Shown in pieces: positions 48,914-59,023 of a stretch of DNA of 64,000 nucleotides. The notes beneath the pieces were generated by a model that ran no database searches, was not told the DNA's origin, and was given only the letters and a program-made list of their open reading frames with translations. This stretch comes from an uncultured cyanobacterium (GTDB lineage: Bacteria > Cyanobacteriota > Cyanobacteriia > PCC-9006 > JAAUQQ01). The DNA is taken from contig OY970368.1 in assembly GCA_963718615.1 (NCBI GenBank), forward strand, positions 3,360,001 to 3,424,000. Direction: 5' to 3'. The translations under genes were made by a program, and so were the position numbers. The first letter of the stretch is position 1; every line of letters begins with the position of its first letter.

Positions 48914-49648
48914 ATGTCAATTGTAGTCAATGAAACTACGCCACAGTCTTCTGTCGGTAATGATGCAGGCGGCCAGACGATTACTGGCAAAGCAGGAGAA
49001 ATCAACCGCATCAACGGCTCAACTGGTGACGATAACTACATTGGAGGTAGTAATACTGATCAGGTTGATGGCGGTCTAGGTGACGATGAGATTTTAGGTG
49101 AGGGAGGTAACGACCTGCTGTTTGGCGGTGCTGGTGACGACCTGCTGAGCGGGGGAGCGGGCCGAGATTTGCTAGAGGGCGGCACGGGTAACGATAAGTT
49201 GTCCGGTGGAGATGACAAAGACTTCCTTCGCGGTGGCTTTGGTGATGATGCTCTCTTTGGCGATGCCGGAAATGACTCTCTCTACGGCGATGCTGGCGAT
49301 GACATTCTGGATGGAGGCCTTGGCAACGACTTCCTCAGTGGGGGTGGGGGTCAAGACTGGCTGAAAGGTGGTGAAGGCGATGACGTTCTGATAGGGGGTG
49401 CAAATAGCGACATCCTTGAGGGTGGCGCAGGTAAAGATACCTTCATCTTTGATGTCAGCGAAACGGGTGTCGACCAAGTACTCGACTACAGCCAAGCTGA
49501 AGACGTGATTCGGATCTTGGGTGTTACAGATCCCAACAGCGTTACCTACAACGCCAATAACGGTGTTGTCTCGGTTAATGGTCAAGCCATCTTCAAGCTT
49601 GACACAAATCTGACCCTTAATCCTCAAACCGATTTTGAGCTGTTTTAA
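48914..49648 (+). CDS. RTX-repeat (hemolysin-type) calcium-binding protein
   Basis: Long run of GGxGxDxL nonapeptides, no signal peptide, C-terminal 'DFELF'. Confidence 0.9.
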   Translation: MSIVVNETTPQSSVGNDAGGQTITGKAGEINRINGSTGDDNYIGGSNTDQVDGGLGDDEILGEGGNDLLFGGAGDDLLSGGAGRDLLEGGTGNDKLSGGDDKDFLRGGFGDDALFGDAGNDSLYGDAGDDILDGGLGNDFLSGGGGQDWLKGGEGDDVLIGGANSDILEGGAGKDTFIFDVSETGVDQVLDYSQAEDVIRILGVTDPNSVTYNANNGVVSVNGQAIFKLDTNLTLNPQTDFELF

Positions 49649-49833
49649 GCCTCTGATCCTATGATTGCCGAAGGCGCGATCGCGCTATCCTGTGTTTCCT
49701 GCTGTGTTCCCTAAAAATCGGTGGTTTAGTCTTCCTGTTACTGGCTGTATAGGTCTGAAGATCTCTCTACCTACTCAGCCAGTTCCGGGCAGTATTCAGG
49801 CAGATCGATACCGAAGACCGCGAAAGCAAAATT

Positions 49834-52347
49834 GTGAACCCAAGTTCTAGTCGTTCAATCCCGTCCACTCCAGCATCCCGTTATGAAGAATTTGAAAATC
49901 ACGTCAACCTAGGCCAACACTATAGTCAAAAGTCTCTATTCTCAAAAGCCTGTTGCCACTATCAGCAGGCATTGCAGCTGCAACCCCATGCACCTGAAAT
50001 TCACTACAACCTCGCAGTGGTATTTCATCATTGGGGCGAGTGGGATCTAGCAGAAACTCACTATCAAACTGCACTTCAGCAACAGCCCCATTATCCCCAT
50101 GCCTACTTTAACTTGGGGGTTTTGAAAGCTGACCAGCAGCGCCCTAGCGAGGCCATCGCCTACTATCAACAGGCCATCGCCCAACAGCCCAATTATTTGA
50201 ATGCCTATTTAAACTTAGGAGCCCTTTGGGTTCAGCAGGAAGCCTACGGGCAGGCGACGATACTTTATCGAGAGGCGATCGCCCGTTTTCCCCAACAGGC
50301 TTCCCTGCACAATAACCTGGGCCAACTCTATCAAAAACAGGGGGAATTTGCGATCGCCCTAACCCAGTACGAAACAGCCCTAGGGCTCGCTCCAGGCTTG
50401 GCTAAAGTGTACGAAAACCTGGGGTGTTTATGGCTTCAACATCAGGATTATGCGAAAGCCATTCATTATCTTAAGCAAGCGATCGCCTTTTCTCCCAATC
50501 CCAACCACGCCCTCAGCGACTGTGCCGCCGTTGCCCTAGAACAGGGGGATCTAGAGACGGCCCTAGCTGCCATTAAACAGTCGATAGATTTGCATCCTGA
50601 ACCCCTCGCTCGTTACTGCCAGATAACCTTAGAACAGAAAAAGTCTGATAATTTGCTAACTCAGACCCAGCGTGCTTGCTCATTGTTCATTCAGTCTCTT
50701 CAGCAGGGCGACTCCTTGCCGTCTGCCAGTCACAGGTTGTTTCAAGTTTATTGTGGATTGGGGGCGATCGCCTTTGAATCCAAAGCCTATGCTAGGGCCG
50801 CACAATGTTATCAAATGGCTGTGCAAATCGAGCCCCAGGCCCAAGCCCTCTATCGCAAAATTTCCGACTGTTTAGCTCAGCAAGGGCGTTGGGTCGCAGC
50901 CCAAACGGTTGTGCAACTTGCTAATACCTTGACGACTTCTGGGATACAAAAGCATCAAGCAAGCCTACAGCCTGAAACCCCAAGGATAGATTCTCCTCAC
51001 CCTAAACCCTCTGTTTATCCGGCGTTAACCACAGCCGAGTGGGTTGCTCAATCATTGCCTCACAAACCGGAACGTTTCTCCCAAGCGCCTGTCTATGAAT
51101 CGCTGAATTTTCAGGTTGAGCAGTGGTTAAGTCGATCGCAAAATTCCTTGATTCGCGTCCTCAATGCTAGCCCTCTTCCAGTCTGGGAAACTCCCTCGGC
51201 TGATTCCTCGACTGGCCAAACTGAACCCGGAAATGCCTGCGGTGGCGTGACTTGCCATCGCTGTATGGAACAACTGGTGCAAAGCTTTCGACCGCAACAG
51301 CTTGCTGCTGGTGTGTTTCAATGTAATCTCCAAGCTGCTCCTATCTTGCCCAATCCTGCTTTGTTCTGGGCAACTATTCCCTTGGGACGGGCCTGGGTTG
51401 CTCCCTATGAAAGTGATTGGGTCGCCTGTCACGAAGTAGCTGTGATGACACCAGACCAGTCATTGCTGAGTGATTTGTCGCGCTCCTATCCCTGGAAACT
51501 GCCGCCCTGTCCTCAGCGACCTCAATCGCAGTCTGGCAGAATCTCAGAGCGCACAACCTTGCCTCCTATTCAATATTTAAAGGGTTCTGTTGTACTGCTT
51601 TCAACCCTTTCGAGTCATATCTATTACCATTGGATGATTGACCTTTTGCCCCGTCTTCACCTCTTAAAGCTCGCCGGTGTAGACTTCAATCAAATTGATC
51701 GATTTGTGGTGAATAGCTTGCGCCATTCGTTTCAGCGAGAAACGCTGCAAAAACTTGGGATTCCCCTTGAAAAGGTGATTGAGAGCGATCGCACCCCCCA
51801 CATTCAAGCCGAACAGCTCATCGTTCCCTCGTTTCCAGGGCATTTAGACTGGATTCCTCCCCATACCATCGAGTTTTTACGACGGATTTTTGGAGCAGAG
51901 CATTCCCGAGCTCAACCGAAATCCCACCTCAAAATTTATATCAGTCGAGCGAAGGCTCGTTATCGCCGGGTCTTGAATGAAGCAGAAATTATCGCCGTTT
52001 TGAAACCTTTAGGATTTAAAGTCGTCACCTTAGAAAGCTTAACCGTTCAGGAACAGGCTGAGCTTTTTGCCCAAGCAGAGGTAATCATTTCTCCCCATGG
52101 TTCTGGATTAACCAATTTAGTTTTTTGTCAGTCCGGCGCTCAAATCATTGAACTTTTTTCACCTCACTACCTCAGGACTGATTACTGGATGGTTAGCCAA
52201 ACGTTAAAGTTGCAGCATTTCTACATTGTTGGGAAGTCTTTGGCCTGTACGGCCCTACGACGATTGATGTATCCTAGTTCGCTCATGGAAGATCTCTGGA
52301 TTGATCTAGGTGCATTGCGTTCGGCTTTGCGGCTCATTCAAACTTAG
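49834..52347 (+). CDS. TPR + GT61 (DUF563) glycosyltransferase
   Basis: Multiple N-terminal TPRs. 'YYHWMIDLLPRL', 'IYISR.KARYRRVLNE', 'PHGSGLTNLVF'. Confidence 0.85.
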   Translation: MNPSSSRSIPSTPASRYEEFENHVNLGQHYSQKSLFSKACCHYQQALQLQPHAPEIHYNLAVVFHHWGEWDLAETHYQTALQQQPHYPHAYFNLGVLKADQQRPSEAIAYYQQAIAQQPNYLNAYLNLGALWVQQEAYGQATILYREAIARFPQQASLHNNLGQLYQKQGEFAIALTQYETALGLAPGLAKVYENLGCLWLQHQDYAKAIHYLKQAIAFSPNPNHALSDCAAVALEQGDLETALAAIKQSIDLHPEPLARYCQITLEQKKSDNLLTQTQRACSLFIQSLQQGDSLPSASHRLFQVYCGLGAIAFESKAYARAAQCYQMAVQIEPQAQALYRKISDCLAQQGRWVAAQTVVQLANTLTTSGIQKHQASLQPETPRIDSPHPKPSVYPALTTAEWVAQSLPHKPERFSQAPVYESLNFQVEQWLSRSQNSLIRVLNASPLPVWETPSADSSTGQTEPGNACGGVTCHRCMEQLVQSFRPQQLAAGVFQCNLQAAPILPNPALFWATIPLGRAWVAPYESDWVACHEVAVMTPDQSLLSDLSRSYPWKLPPCPQRPQSQSGRISERTTLPPIQYLKGSVVLLSTLSSHIYYHWMIDLLPRLHLLKLAGVDFNQIDRFVVNSLRHSFQRETLQKLGIPLEKVIESDRTPHIQAEQLIVPSFPGHLDWIPPHTIEFLRRIFGAEHSRAQPKSHLKIYISRAKARYRRVLNEAEIIAVLKPLGFKVVTLESLTVQEQAELFAQAEVIISPHGSGLTNLVFCQSGAQIIELFSPHYLRTDYWMVSQTLKLQHFYIVGKSLACTALRRLMYPSSLMEDLWIDLGALRSALRLIQT

Positions 52348-52355
52348 GCAATTGT

Positions 52356-53837
52356 ATGATTAATCCTAGCCTTTCTCCCTATGTAAATGAAGCTCTAATA
52401 GCCTGTGAACAGGCTTTAGAACGACCAGAACGATGGTTTTCGTCCTGTGCCATCTTGAGTAATCTTCTGGCCAGTTCAGGGCTTAATCAAGATGCCTATC
52501 TCTGGCAAACCATGGCTCGACAAAATCAGCCCAGCCGTGTTCGCTATCATCTCCAGGCAGGTTTGTTGTATGCCCAGATTAAAAACTGGAAAGAGGCGAT
52601 CGCCCAGCATCATAAAGCCTTAGCTGTCAAGGGAAATCTGGCGATCGCCTACTTCAATTTATCCCAGATTCACCGCAGCATTGGTCAAGCGGACACGAGC
52701 ATCGAATACCTCTATCGCTTTACATCTCTGCGACCGGAGCAGCCCACAGCGGAAGAATGTGAGGCACTGGGTCAAGCGCTGGCTAAACGGGGGCAAAGCG
52801 AACGGGCGATTCAATGCTACCGTTGGGCGATCGAAAATAATCCCAAACATTGGACCGCCTATTATCGATTGGCAGATTTCTTGATCCAAGCAAATCAAGC
52901 CGATGCTGCAATTCGTTGCTATCAGCGATTGTTAACCCAAGATCATAATCAAACAGAGGCATTACAAAAGCTGGGCATGGCCTTGCTGGAGCAAAACCAA
53001 CCGGCCCAGGCAATTGATTTATTTCGGCGAGCAACGCAACTGGAACCGACGTTTGTTTGGCCCTATCTGGGTCTGGTCAAATGCTGGATGGCTTTGGAAC
53101 AATGGGAGGAGGCGATCGCCACCTGCAAAGCAACGCTGCACTTCGTGGGAGAGTTGCCCTGGGCCTATAGTCAGATGGCTAAAGCTTTTACTGCTATTGG
53201 GAATGGGGCTGAAGCCAGTTGCTGTTATCAGAAGGTCTGTGCCTTATCTCAGTGGCCCCAGGCTGAATCGCAGAACTATCAGTTTTCACGGGATACGTTT
53301 ACCCATCAAATTGAGCTTTGGTCTAAGTTGTTAGCGTCCTTAATGCAGCGGGAATCGACCTCTAAAATTCCATTAAAAGTCTTAGAAATTGGCTGTTCTG
53401 AAGGGATGATTAGCTGTTGGCTGCTGGATCAAGTGCTTGTGCGATCAACAGATCAATTAGTCTGTTTAGACCAGGATTTTTCAGCGCTATTTTTAGATAA
53501 TATTGAGCGATCGGGTGCATCAGATAAAGTGAGTTGCCATCAAGGTCCTCCGCCTCGGCTACTGGCAGAGCTGGATCAGAATGTCTATGATTTGGCCCTG
53601 ATTCAAGACCGATGCAAAAAAGCCGATCACCTCCATAAAGATGTATCTTTGACTTGGCCTCTACTCAAAGTCGGGGGCATTATGATTGTCAAAGATTACT
53701 TGTGGCCCCATCCCGAGGGCGCAATCCATTCGCCTAAGGCCGGGATTGATCGCTTTTTACAGACGATCCCTGGGGAATATAAGCTGCTCTACCAAAGCCA
53801 TCAATTAATTATTCAAAAATCTAACACGAAAATTTGA
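52356..53837 (+). CDS. TPR + class I SAM-dependent methyltransferase-like protein
   Basis: TPRs, then 'VLEIGCSEG' and 'LKVGGIMIVKDYLW'. The usual IDG.H motif is degenerate (IQDRCK). Confidence 0.75.
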   Translation: MINPSLSPYVNEALIACEQALERPERWFSSCAILSNLLASSGLNQDAYLWQTMARQNQPSRVRYHLQAGLLYAQIKNWKEAIAQHHKALAVKGNLAIAYFNLSQIHRSIGQADTSIEYLYRFTSLRPEQPTAEECEALGQALAKRGQSERAIQCYRWAIENNPKHWTAYYRLADFLIQANQADAAIRCYQRLLTQDHNQTEALQKLGMALLEQNQPAQAIDLFRRATQLEPTFVWPYLGLVKCWMALEQWEEAIATCKATLHFVGELPWAYSQMAKAFTAIGNGAEASCCYQKVCALSQWPQAESQNYQFSRDTFTHQIELWSKLLASLMQRESTSKIPLKVLEIGCSEGMISCWLLDQVLVRSTDQLVCLDQDFSALFLDNIERSGASDKVSCHQGPPPRLLAELDQNVYDLALIQDRCKKADHLHKDVSLTWPLLKVGGIMIVKDYLWPHPEGAIHSPKAGIDRFLQTIPGEYKLLYQSHQLIIQKSNTKI

Positions 53838-55942
53838 TGTCCAAAACCATATTGACCGAGGCTTTATCTTCAGCCCCGTCTTCAGCCCAGTCTTCAGTTC
53901 AACAAACTCAGTCGATGGCAATGATTGCTGACTCTTTACAAGAGGCTCAGACTGCCTGTGAGCAGCAGCAGTGGTCGGTGCTGATCGTCACTTGTCAGAC
54001 GATTATTGACCATTGTAATCAACATCTTTTGGTGACTGCTGCTCAAGCTTCAGAGGCTAAAGCTTTAGAGACGGTTACGGAGAACGTAGGAGAAGGTTTA
54101 GCGCAACATTCGATTCAAGATTCAATAGAAAATTCAGTCCCACAGACTCTTCAAGCATCTTCGTCTCAGCCATCTGATCATTCATCGGAACTAAAGCTGA
54201 GCAATCTGGAACGAGTTCAGATTGAAATGTATGATGCCAAAGGGGATGTTTTAAGTCAGCAAGGAGACTTGTCCTCCGCTCAGGCAGCCTATCGTGCGGC
54301 GCTGGTGCTTCAGCCTAACCTACCCTGGGTGATTGCAAAACTGGGTCGAATTTATGAACGAACTGAACAATGGCGGGAAGCGATCGCCCTCTATCAACAA
54401 GCGATTGAACATCAGCCCCAACAACCCCAGTTTTATCTACGACTGGCTCAAGTACTGCGTCGCACCAACCAGGGAGCAGCGGCCATTGAAGCCCAATATA
54501 CGGCTCTCAAACTCAATCCGAAATTGGCCAATGCTACTGGACATTATGCAGTGGGCAATGGGTTGCTACAGTTGTCTAAGCCTTCAGAGGCGATCGCCTG
54601 CTATCTGCAAGCGCTTGCCTTCGCGCCCCAGGAAGCCACCTATGCCTTGGCGATCGCGGATGTTTGGCTGGCTCAGCAACAGTGGTCCACCGCAGAGCCC
54701 TACTACCGTCGAGCGATTAGTCTAGATAAAACTTTGGCGAAGGCCCATGAGGGGTTGGGGTTGTGTTTCAATCATTTGGGCCAGGAGGAGGAAGCCGAAC
54801 GCTGTTTTTTGAAGGCGATCGCCCTCAGTCCAACAACGACGCTGGAGGCTTATCTGGCATTGAGCCAATCCTGCAAGCAAAGACGGGAGCTTAACCTAGC
54901 GGCCCATTATGCCATGCAAGCCTTGATGATCCATCCGAATGCCTCGGAGCCCTATGTTTGGTTGCGCTACAACTTTTTGCGCTATGAGGCGGTTCCGGGA
55001 TCGGAGATCATGGCAGAAATTGTGGCATCCTGTCGGCAAATCTTGGCGAAGAATGGAGGTTGGGTGAAGATCAACAGTTTGCTGGGCTATGCGTTGACAA
55101 AGCAGGGGTTGGGGGGAGAGGCGATCGCCCATTTCCAGGAGGCAAGCCGCCGCAAGTCCCGCATTATGAAGCCGCAAATTGCAGATACGCTCTGGCAATC
55201 TGCTCTGCCGAGTCAGCCGAGTTTCATCATTTTGGGTGGGTTCAAATGTGCGACGACTTCGCTCTATCAATATTTAACGGCTCATCCGCAGATTGTACCG
55301 GCCTTGGAGAAGGAGCTGGATTTCTTTGACCGTGAATTTGAGCAGGGTTTGGATTGGTATCTTTCGCATTTTCCGGCGTTGCCTGAGAATATGGGCTTAA
55401 TGACGGGAGAAGCGACGCCAAATTATTTATATTGTGAGGCTGCGCCGGAGCGAATTCAAAAGAGTTTGCCCACGACAAAGCTGATTGTAGTGTTGCGGGA
55501 TCCGATCGAACGAGCGCTTTCCCATTACTACTTTTTGCCGAAGAACGATCGCAGACCGGAGGCGATTGAGTCGGTTTTGATACGGGAGTTGCAGCAGTTA
55601 GAAACCGCCTTTGCAAAATCCGCTGAGCCGTGGGAGGTCATGGGGCACTGTGCCTACTTGGGGAATGGTCTCTATTTTTACTATTTACAACGCTGGCTGC
55701 ACTATTTCCCTCGGGAGCAGTTGCTGATTGTGCCGATGAATGCGCTGGAACATCGACCCGTGGAAACGATGGGGCGGGTGTTTGATTATTTGGGACTGTC
55801 TAATTACCCGTTGCCGGAGTATCAGCGGCACAAAGCAAGGGAGTATCCCAAAATTTCGTCGGCGTTGGAGGAGCAGTTGCGCGCGTTTTTTGAACCCTAT
55901 AATCGTCAGTTAAATGCATTAGGAATGGATTGGGATCAGTAG
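53837..55942 (+). CDS. TPR + PAPS-dependent sulfotransferase
   Basis: 5'-PSB 'GGFKCATTSLY', 'KELDFF', 'EATPNY', 3'-PB 'RDPIERALSHY'. TGATG coupling with the previous gene. Confidence 0.88.
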   Translation: MSKTILTEALSSAPSSAQSSVQQTQSMAMIADSLQEAQTACEQQQWSVLIVTCQTIIDHCNQHLLVTAAQASEAKALETVTENVGEGLAQHSIQDSIENSVPQTLQASSSQPSDHSSELKLSNLERVQIEMYDAKGDVLSQQGDLSSAQAAYRAALVLQPNLPWVIAKLGRIYERTEQWREAIALYQQAIEHQPQQPQFYLRLAQVLRRTNQGAAAIEAQYTALKLNPKLANATGHYAVGNGLLQLSKPSEAIACYLQALAFAPQEATYALAIADVWLAQQQWSTAEPYYRRAISLDKTLAKAHEGLGLCFNHLGQEEEAERCFLKAIALSPTTTLEAYLALSQSCKQRRELNLAAHYAMQALMIHPNASEPYVWLRYNFLRYEAVPGSEIMAEIVASCRQILAKNGGWVKINSLLGYALTKQGLGGEAIAHFQEASRRKSRIMKPQIADTLWQSALPSQPSFIILGGFKCATTSLYQYLTAHPQIVPALEKELDFFDREFEQGLDWYLSHFPALPENMGLMTGEATPNYLYCEAAPERIQKSLPTTKLIVVLRDPIERALSHYYFLPKNDRRPEAIESVLIRELQQLETAFAKSAEPWEVMGHCAYLGNGLYFYYLQRWLHYFPREQLLIVPMNALEHRPVETMGRVFDYLGLSNYPLPEYQRHKAREYPKISSALEEQLRAFFEPYNRQLNALGMDWDQ

Positions 55943-55988
55943 GGGCTAAAGGCTAAAAACTCAAGCGCTCTACTGAGGGGCTAAAAGT

Positions 55989-56029
55989 AAAATCCGCCTG
56001 TGCAAAGGATGAGAGCAGAGGCGGATTTT
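55989..56029. terminator. Bidirectional terminator between convergent sulfotransferase and Hint genes
   Basis: AAAATCCGCCT...AGGCGGATTTT. Confidence 0.75.
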
Positions 56030-56061
56030 GTGGATTGTTTTGTTGACTGTTTTGTGGATTG
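56026..56061 (+). repeat. Imperfect 12-bp tandem repeat x3 (TTTTGTKGAYTG)
   Basis: ttttgtggattg ttttgttgactg ttttgtggattg. Confidence 0.75.
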
Positions 56062-56077
56062 CCTGGATAGGGGGAAT

Positions 56078-57151
56078 TTAGGCGACCATCGCCCCCACCT
56101 CAACCTCGGGCAAGGTCTCCGCAACTTCCAGCAGGCGCTTGGCAACGCAGCGGGGCAGTTGGCGTTTGCTGCTGACGCGGGGGAAGCTCATGGGCAAAAG
56201 CGAGAGGATGTTGTGGTTGGGGTAGAGGGTTTCGTATTCGTCGCCGTTGTCGAAGGTTTCCCGACCTTGGTTTTGGGGCAGGTAGCTTTCGGCGTAGGTG
56301 CCTTCGGCGATCAGCAGGCTGTGGTTTTCGAGTTCGATGTGGTAGTAGGTGAAGGTTTCTTCGGGTTGGGTGGCGAGGATGGAAACCCCGTTTTCTAGGG
56401 CTCCGGCGTTGATCAGCAGACCGTCGACGAGGAGGGCGTGGTCGGGGGAGACGAAGAGGTCGCGGGTGGGGAGGTTGTCGCCGAGGGCTCCGGCTTTGAT
56501 TTGGATGGGGAGGGAGCGGAAGGGGTGGTGAGGGGCTTTGGGATTGACGGTTTGGTGGCCAATCCATTTGATGGTAACGAGATCGCCTTGAGCGGTTTGG
56601 ACTAGGTCTCCAATTTCCAAAGTTTCAACCGCAACCTCGTCTTGCTGTGTCAAGAGAAGAGTTCCCGTGAGGAAACACTCATTGATTGCACCAGGAGTAG
56701 CCGCAGCAACAGAAAAATTATCGCCACCATCCGGAAGCCGCTGAATGGAGAGCCCATCTTGATCGCTACCAAAATCATCAACTTCAGTAATGCCAATCAG
56801 GTCATTTGGGTCTTGCCCTCCGTTGTAGATCGCAGCAATGGAGTTACCCTGAGTATCGGTCAGAATCACTTCATCTCCAGTATCATTCAGTGAGGAACTG
56901 AAGCCTGTTTCTGCCAGATAGTATTCACCCGGCTGGAGAATCGTGTTTGCTGGAACAGTGTGATTAGCACCGTCCCCGTCATCCAGGGTCCAGCCACTGA
57001 TATCTACAGGTAAATTACTACTGTTGTATAGCTCAACAAATTCATCAGCCGCGCTGACTTGACCATCTCCATTAACGTCAACTTCCTGTGTCCCACCCGT
57101 GGGATCGGCCAGAATTTCGTTGATTACAATGCCTTGCAGATTGGCAGCCAT
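56078..57151 (-). CDS. Lamin-tail-domain + Hint (Hint_2/BIL-B type) protein
   Basis: LTD 'IVINEILADP...EFVELYN...DISGWTL'. Hint 'CFLTGT', 'VSPDHAL', 'YYHIEL..H.LL.AEG..AESY'. Confidence 0.87.
   Translation of the reverse strand: MAANLQGIVINEILADPTGGTQEVDVNGDGQVSAADEFVELYNSSNLPVDISGWTLDDGDGANHTVPANTILQPGEYYLAETGFSSSLNDTGDEVILTDTQGNSIAAIYNGGQDPNDLIGITEVDDFGSDQDGLSIQRLPDGGDNFSVAAATPGAINECFLTGTLLLTQQDEVAVETLEIGDLVQTAQGDLVTIKWIGHQTVNPKAPHHPFRSLPIQIKAGALGDNLPTRDLFVSPDHALLVDGLLINAGALENGVSILATQPEETFTYYHIELENHSLLIAEGTYAESYLPQNQGRETFDNGDEYETLYPNHNILSLLPMSFPRVSSKRQLPRCVAKRLLEVAETLPEVEVGAMVA
56154..56194. repeat. 41-bp perfect direct repeat shared by the two Hint genes (second copy 57558-57598)
   Basis: GGCAGTTGGCGTTTGCTGCTGACGCGGGGGAAGCTCATGGG is identical at both sites. 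Confidence 0.9.
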
Positions 57152-57484
57152 CTTTTGTACTCCGAGTCTTGAATAGGGGAATCTTCAAAGACCCTGACTC
57201 TGCGACCGTATTTAGTGAAGGTCAAGGGGGCGTCCATTAAGCGATCCCATGACTCCTACTGCTACAGCCGCTAGTCCTATAATTCCCCTAACACTTACAA
57301 AACTCTCTATTGAACTAAAAATTTGGTATAGCTGATTGTGGGTATGAATTCTGTAGGGACGTGGGCGATCGCCACAAATCCATAAAAAACGGAAAAAGCT
57401 GCCCACCCTTGAAAATGAGTGAACAGCTCAAAGAGCGTTTAGGGTTAATGATGGATCAAGTCTGAGACGCTATAACTAATGACT

Positions 57485-58510
57485 CTAGGCCAGTTGCAAT
57501 GCCTGCTCCGGCATCAGCGTTTCAGCGACTTCCAGCAACTGCTTCTGCACAAAACGAGGCAGTTGGCGTTTGCTGCTGACGCGGGGGAAGCTCATGGGGA
57601 TGTGGATCTTGCGGCTATCGTCGGGATAGAGCGCTTCAAATTCTTCAACGTTGTCGAAGTTTTCGCGATCGTAGGTATTCGGCAAATAGCTTTCCGTGGG
57701 CGCACCCTCAGCTACGATCAGGCTATGCTGCTCTAGCTCAACGTGGTAATAGACAAAGGTTTCATCGGTGGGTGGGGTTTGCACAATCGAAATGCCGTTG
57801 GCCAGCGCACCTGCGTTGATCAACAAACCGTTGAAAAACATGGCATGGTCTGGGGAGACGCATAGATCCCGATGGGGCAAGCCATTGCCGAGGGAACCGG
57901 CTTTGATTTGCACGGGGTAGGACCGGAGAGGGTGGAGGTTGGCGGTGGCGATGGTTTCAATGCCAATCCATTTGATGGGAGCAAGTTCGCCGTCGCCGGT
58001 ACGAACCAAATCACCGATTTTCAGCGTTTCAACTGGTTTTTCGCCCTCAGCGGTGAGGATATGGGTGCCTGCGAGGAAGCAAACGACAGGTGTAGCATTG
58101 GCATATGTATCGTTAACAGCATCCCAAGTATTAGCAGGATCGCCACCGCCATTGCTGTAGGTTTCACTAACGGGATCCAAACTAGGGATCGTAATGGTAA
58201 CGGTACGACTAGTATCATTGCCTCCCGTGGGTAGATTAGTCCAGCCTGGTACTGGAATTGCGGTACTACCGGAAGAACCAGAAAAAGATAAGCCGCTTTG
58301 ATAGAAAACGGCGAACTCGCCAGGGTCAAGACTGACACTAGTACTAACCGTAACTGTTGTGCCGCCTAAATTGATCTGAGTATTATTGAGAGAAATGGAA
58401 TTAGAACCACTATTTTGAATTTCAACCCACTGAGCTGTGTCATTTCCAGTATTAGCTGGCTTAGGTTCAATCTCAGTAATTAGAATTGCTTCGGGACTTG
58501 GAATTGTCAT
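57485..58510 (-). CDS. Divergent lamin-tail-like + Hint (Hint_2/BIL-B type) protein
   Basis: 'ILITEI...QWVEIQN', then Hint 'CFLAGT', 'VSPDHAM', 'YYHVEL..H...AEG..TESY'. Confidence 0.85.
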   Translation of the reverse strand: MTIPSPEAILITEIEPKPANTGNDTAQWVEIQNSGSNSISLNNTQINLGGTTVTVSTSVSLDPGEFAVFYQSGLSFSGSSGSTAIPVPGWTNLPTGGNDTSRTVTITIPSLDPVSETYSNGGGDPANTWDAVNDTYANATPVVCFLAGTHILTAEGEKPVETLKIGDLVRTGDGELAPIKWIGIETIATANLHPLRSYPVQIKAGSLGNGLPHRDLCVSPDHAMFFNGLLINAGALANGISIVQTPPTDETFVYYHVELEQHSLIVAEGAPTESYLPNTYDRENFDNVEEFEALYPDDSRKIHIPMSFPRVSSKRQLPRFVQKQLLEVAETLMPEQALQLA

Positions 58511-59023
58511 TAAGTCTCAACGTTCCATAAATAAAGAGTCATTGTCAAACAAGGCTCACTTGTTCAGACAACTAGAAACATGCACCATAGCCACTCAGAC
58601 CCATGGATCTGAGGCAATTGCTTTATTTTGGTAGAGAACCCTACTCACTAGAACCTGACGATCTATCTCTTCAATGCATTTTCTTTCTTTAGAGTCTTAG
58701 TGCAAGCAGCCCCATAGGCACTAGTTATCAAAGCACATTGAATGTGATTTATATTACACTTTAATCTCTCGACAAAGACAAGAGTAGACAGTCCGTCTTT
58801 AATAGAACTTCATCAAATATTGACCGCAAAAAATAATGGCCATAAATTTGTCATGCTTAACTTTAGAGGATTAAGACAGATAAAATGACCTTTAGGGAAC
58901 AAGAGACATGAGAGACCGGTAAATCCAGAAAGTCCATTTAGTGCCTTGTCACACATAAAACTAGTTGGACTTTATGTCGGAAGGTTACTCTTTCTATCTT
59001 GTATCAATATTGCCAGTATGTAC

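Noticed and set aside
56078-58510. Mobile inteins
   Set aside because: No homing endonuclease, no terminal His-Asn and no interrupted conserved host gene.
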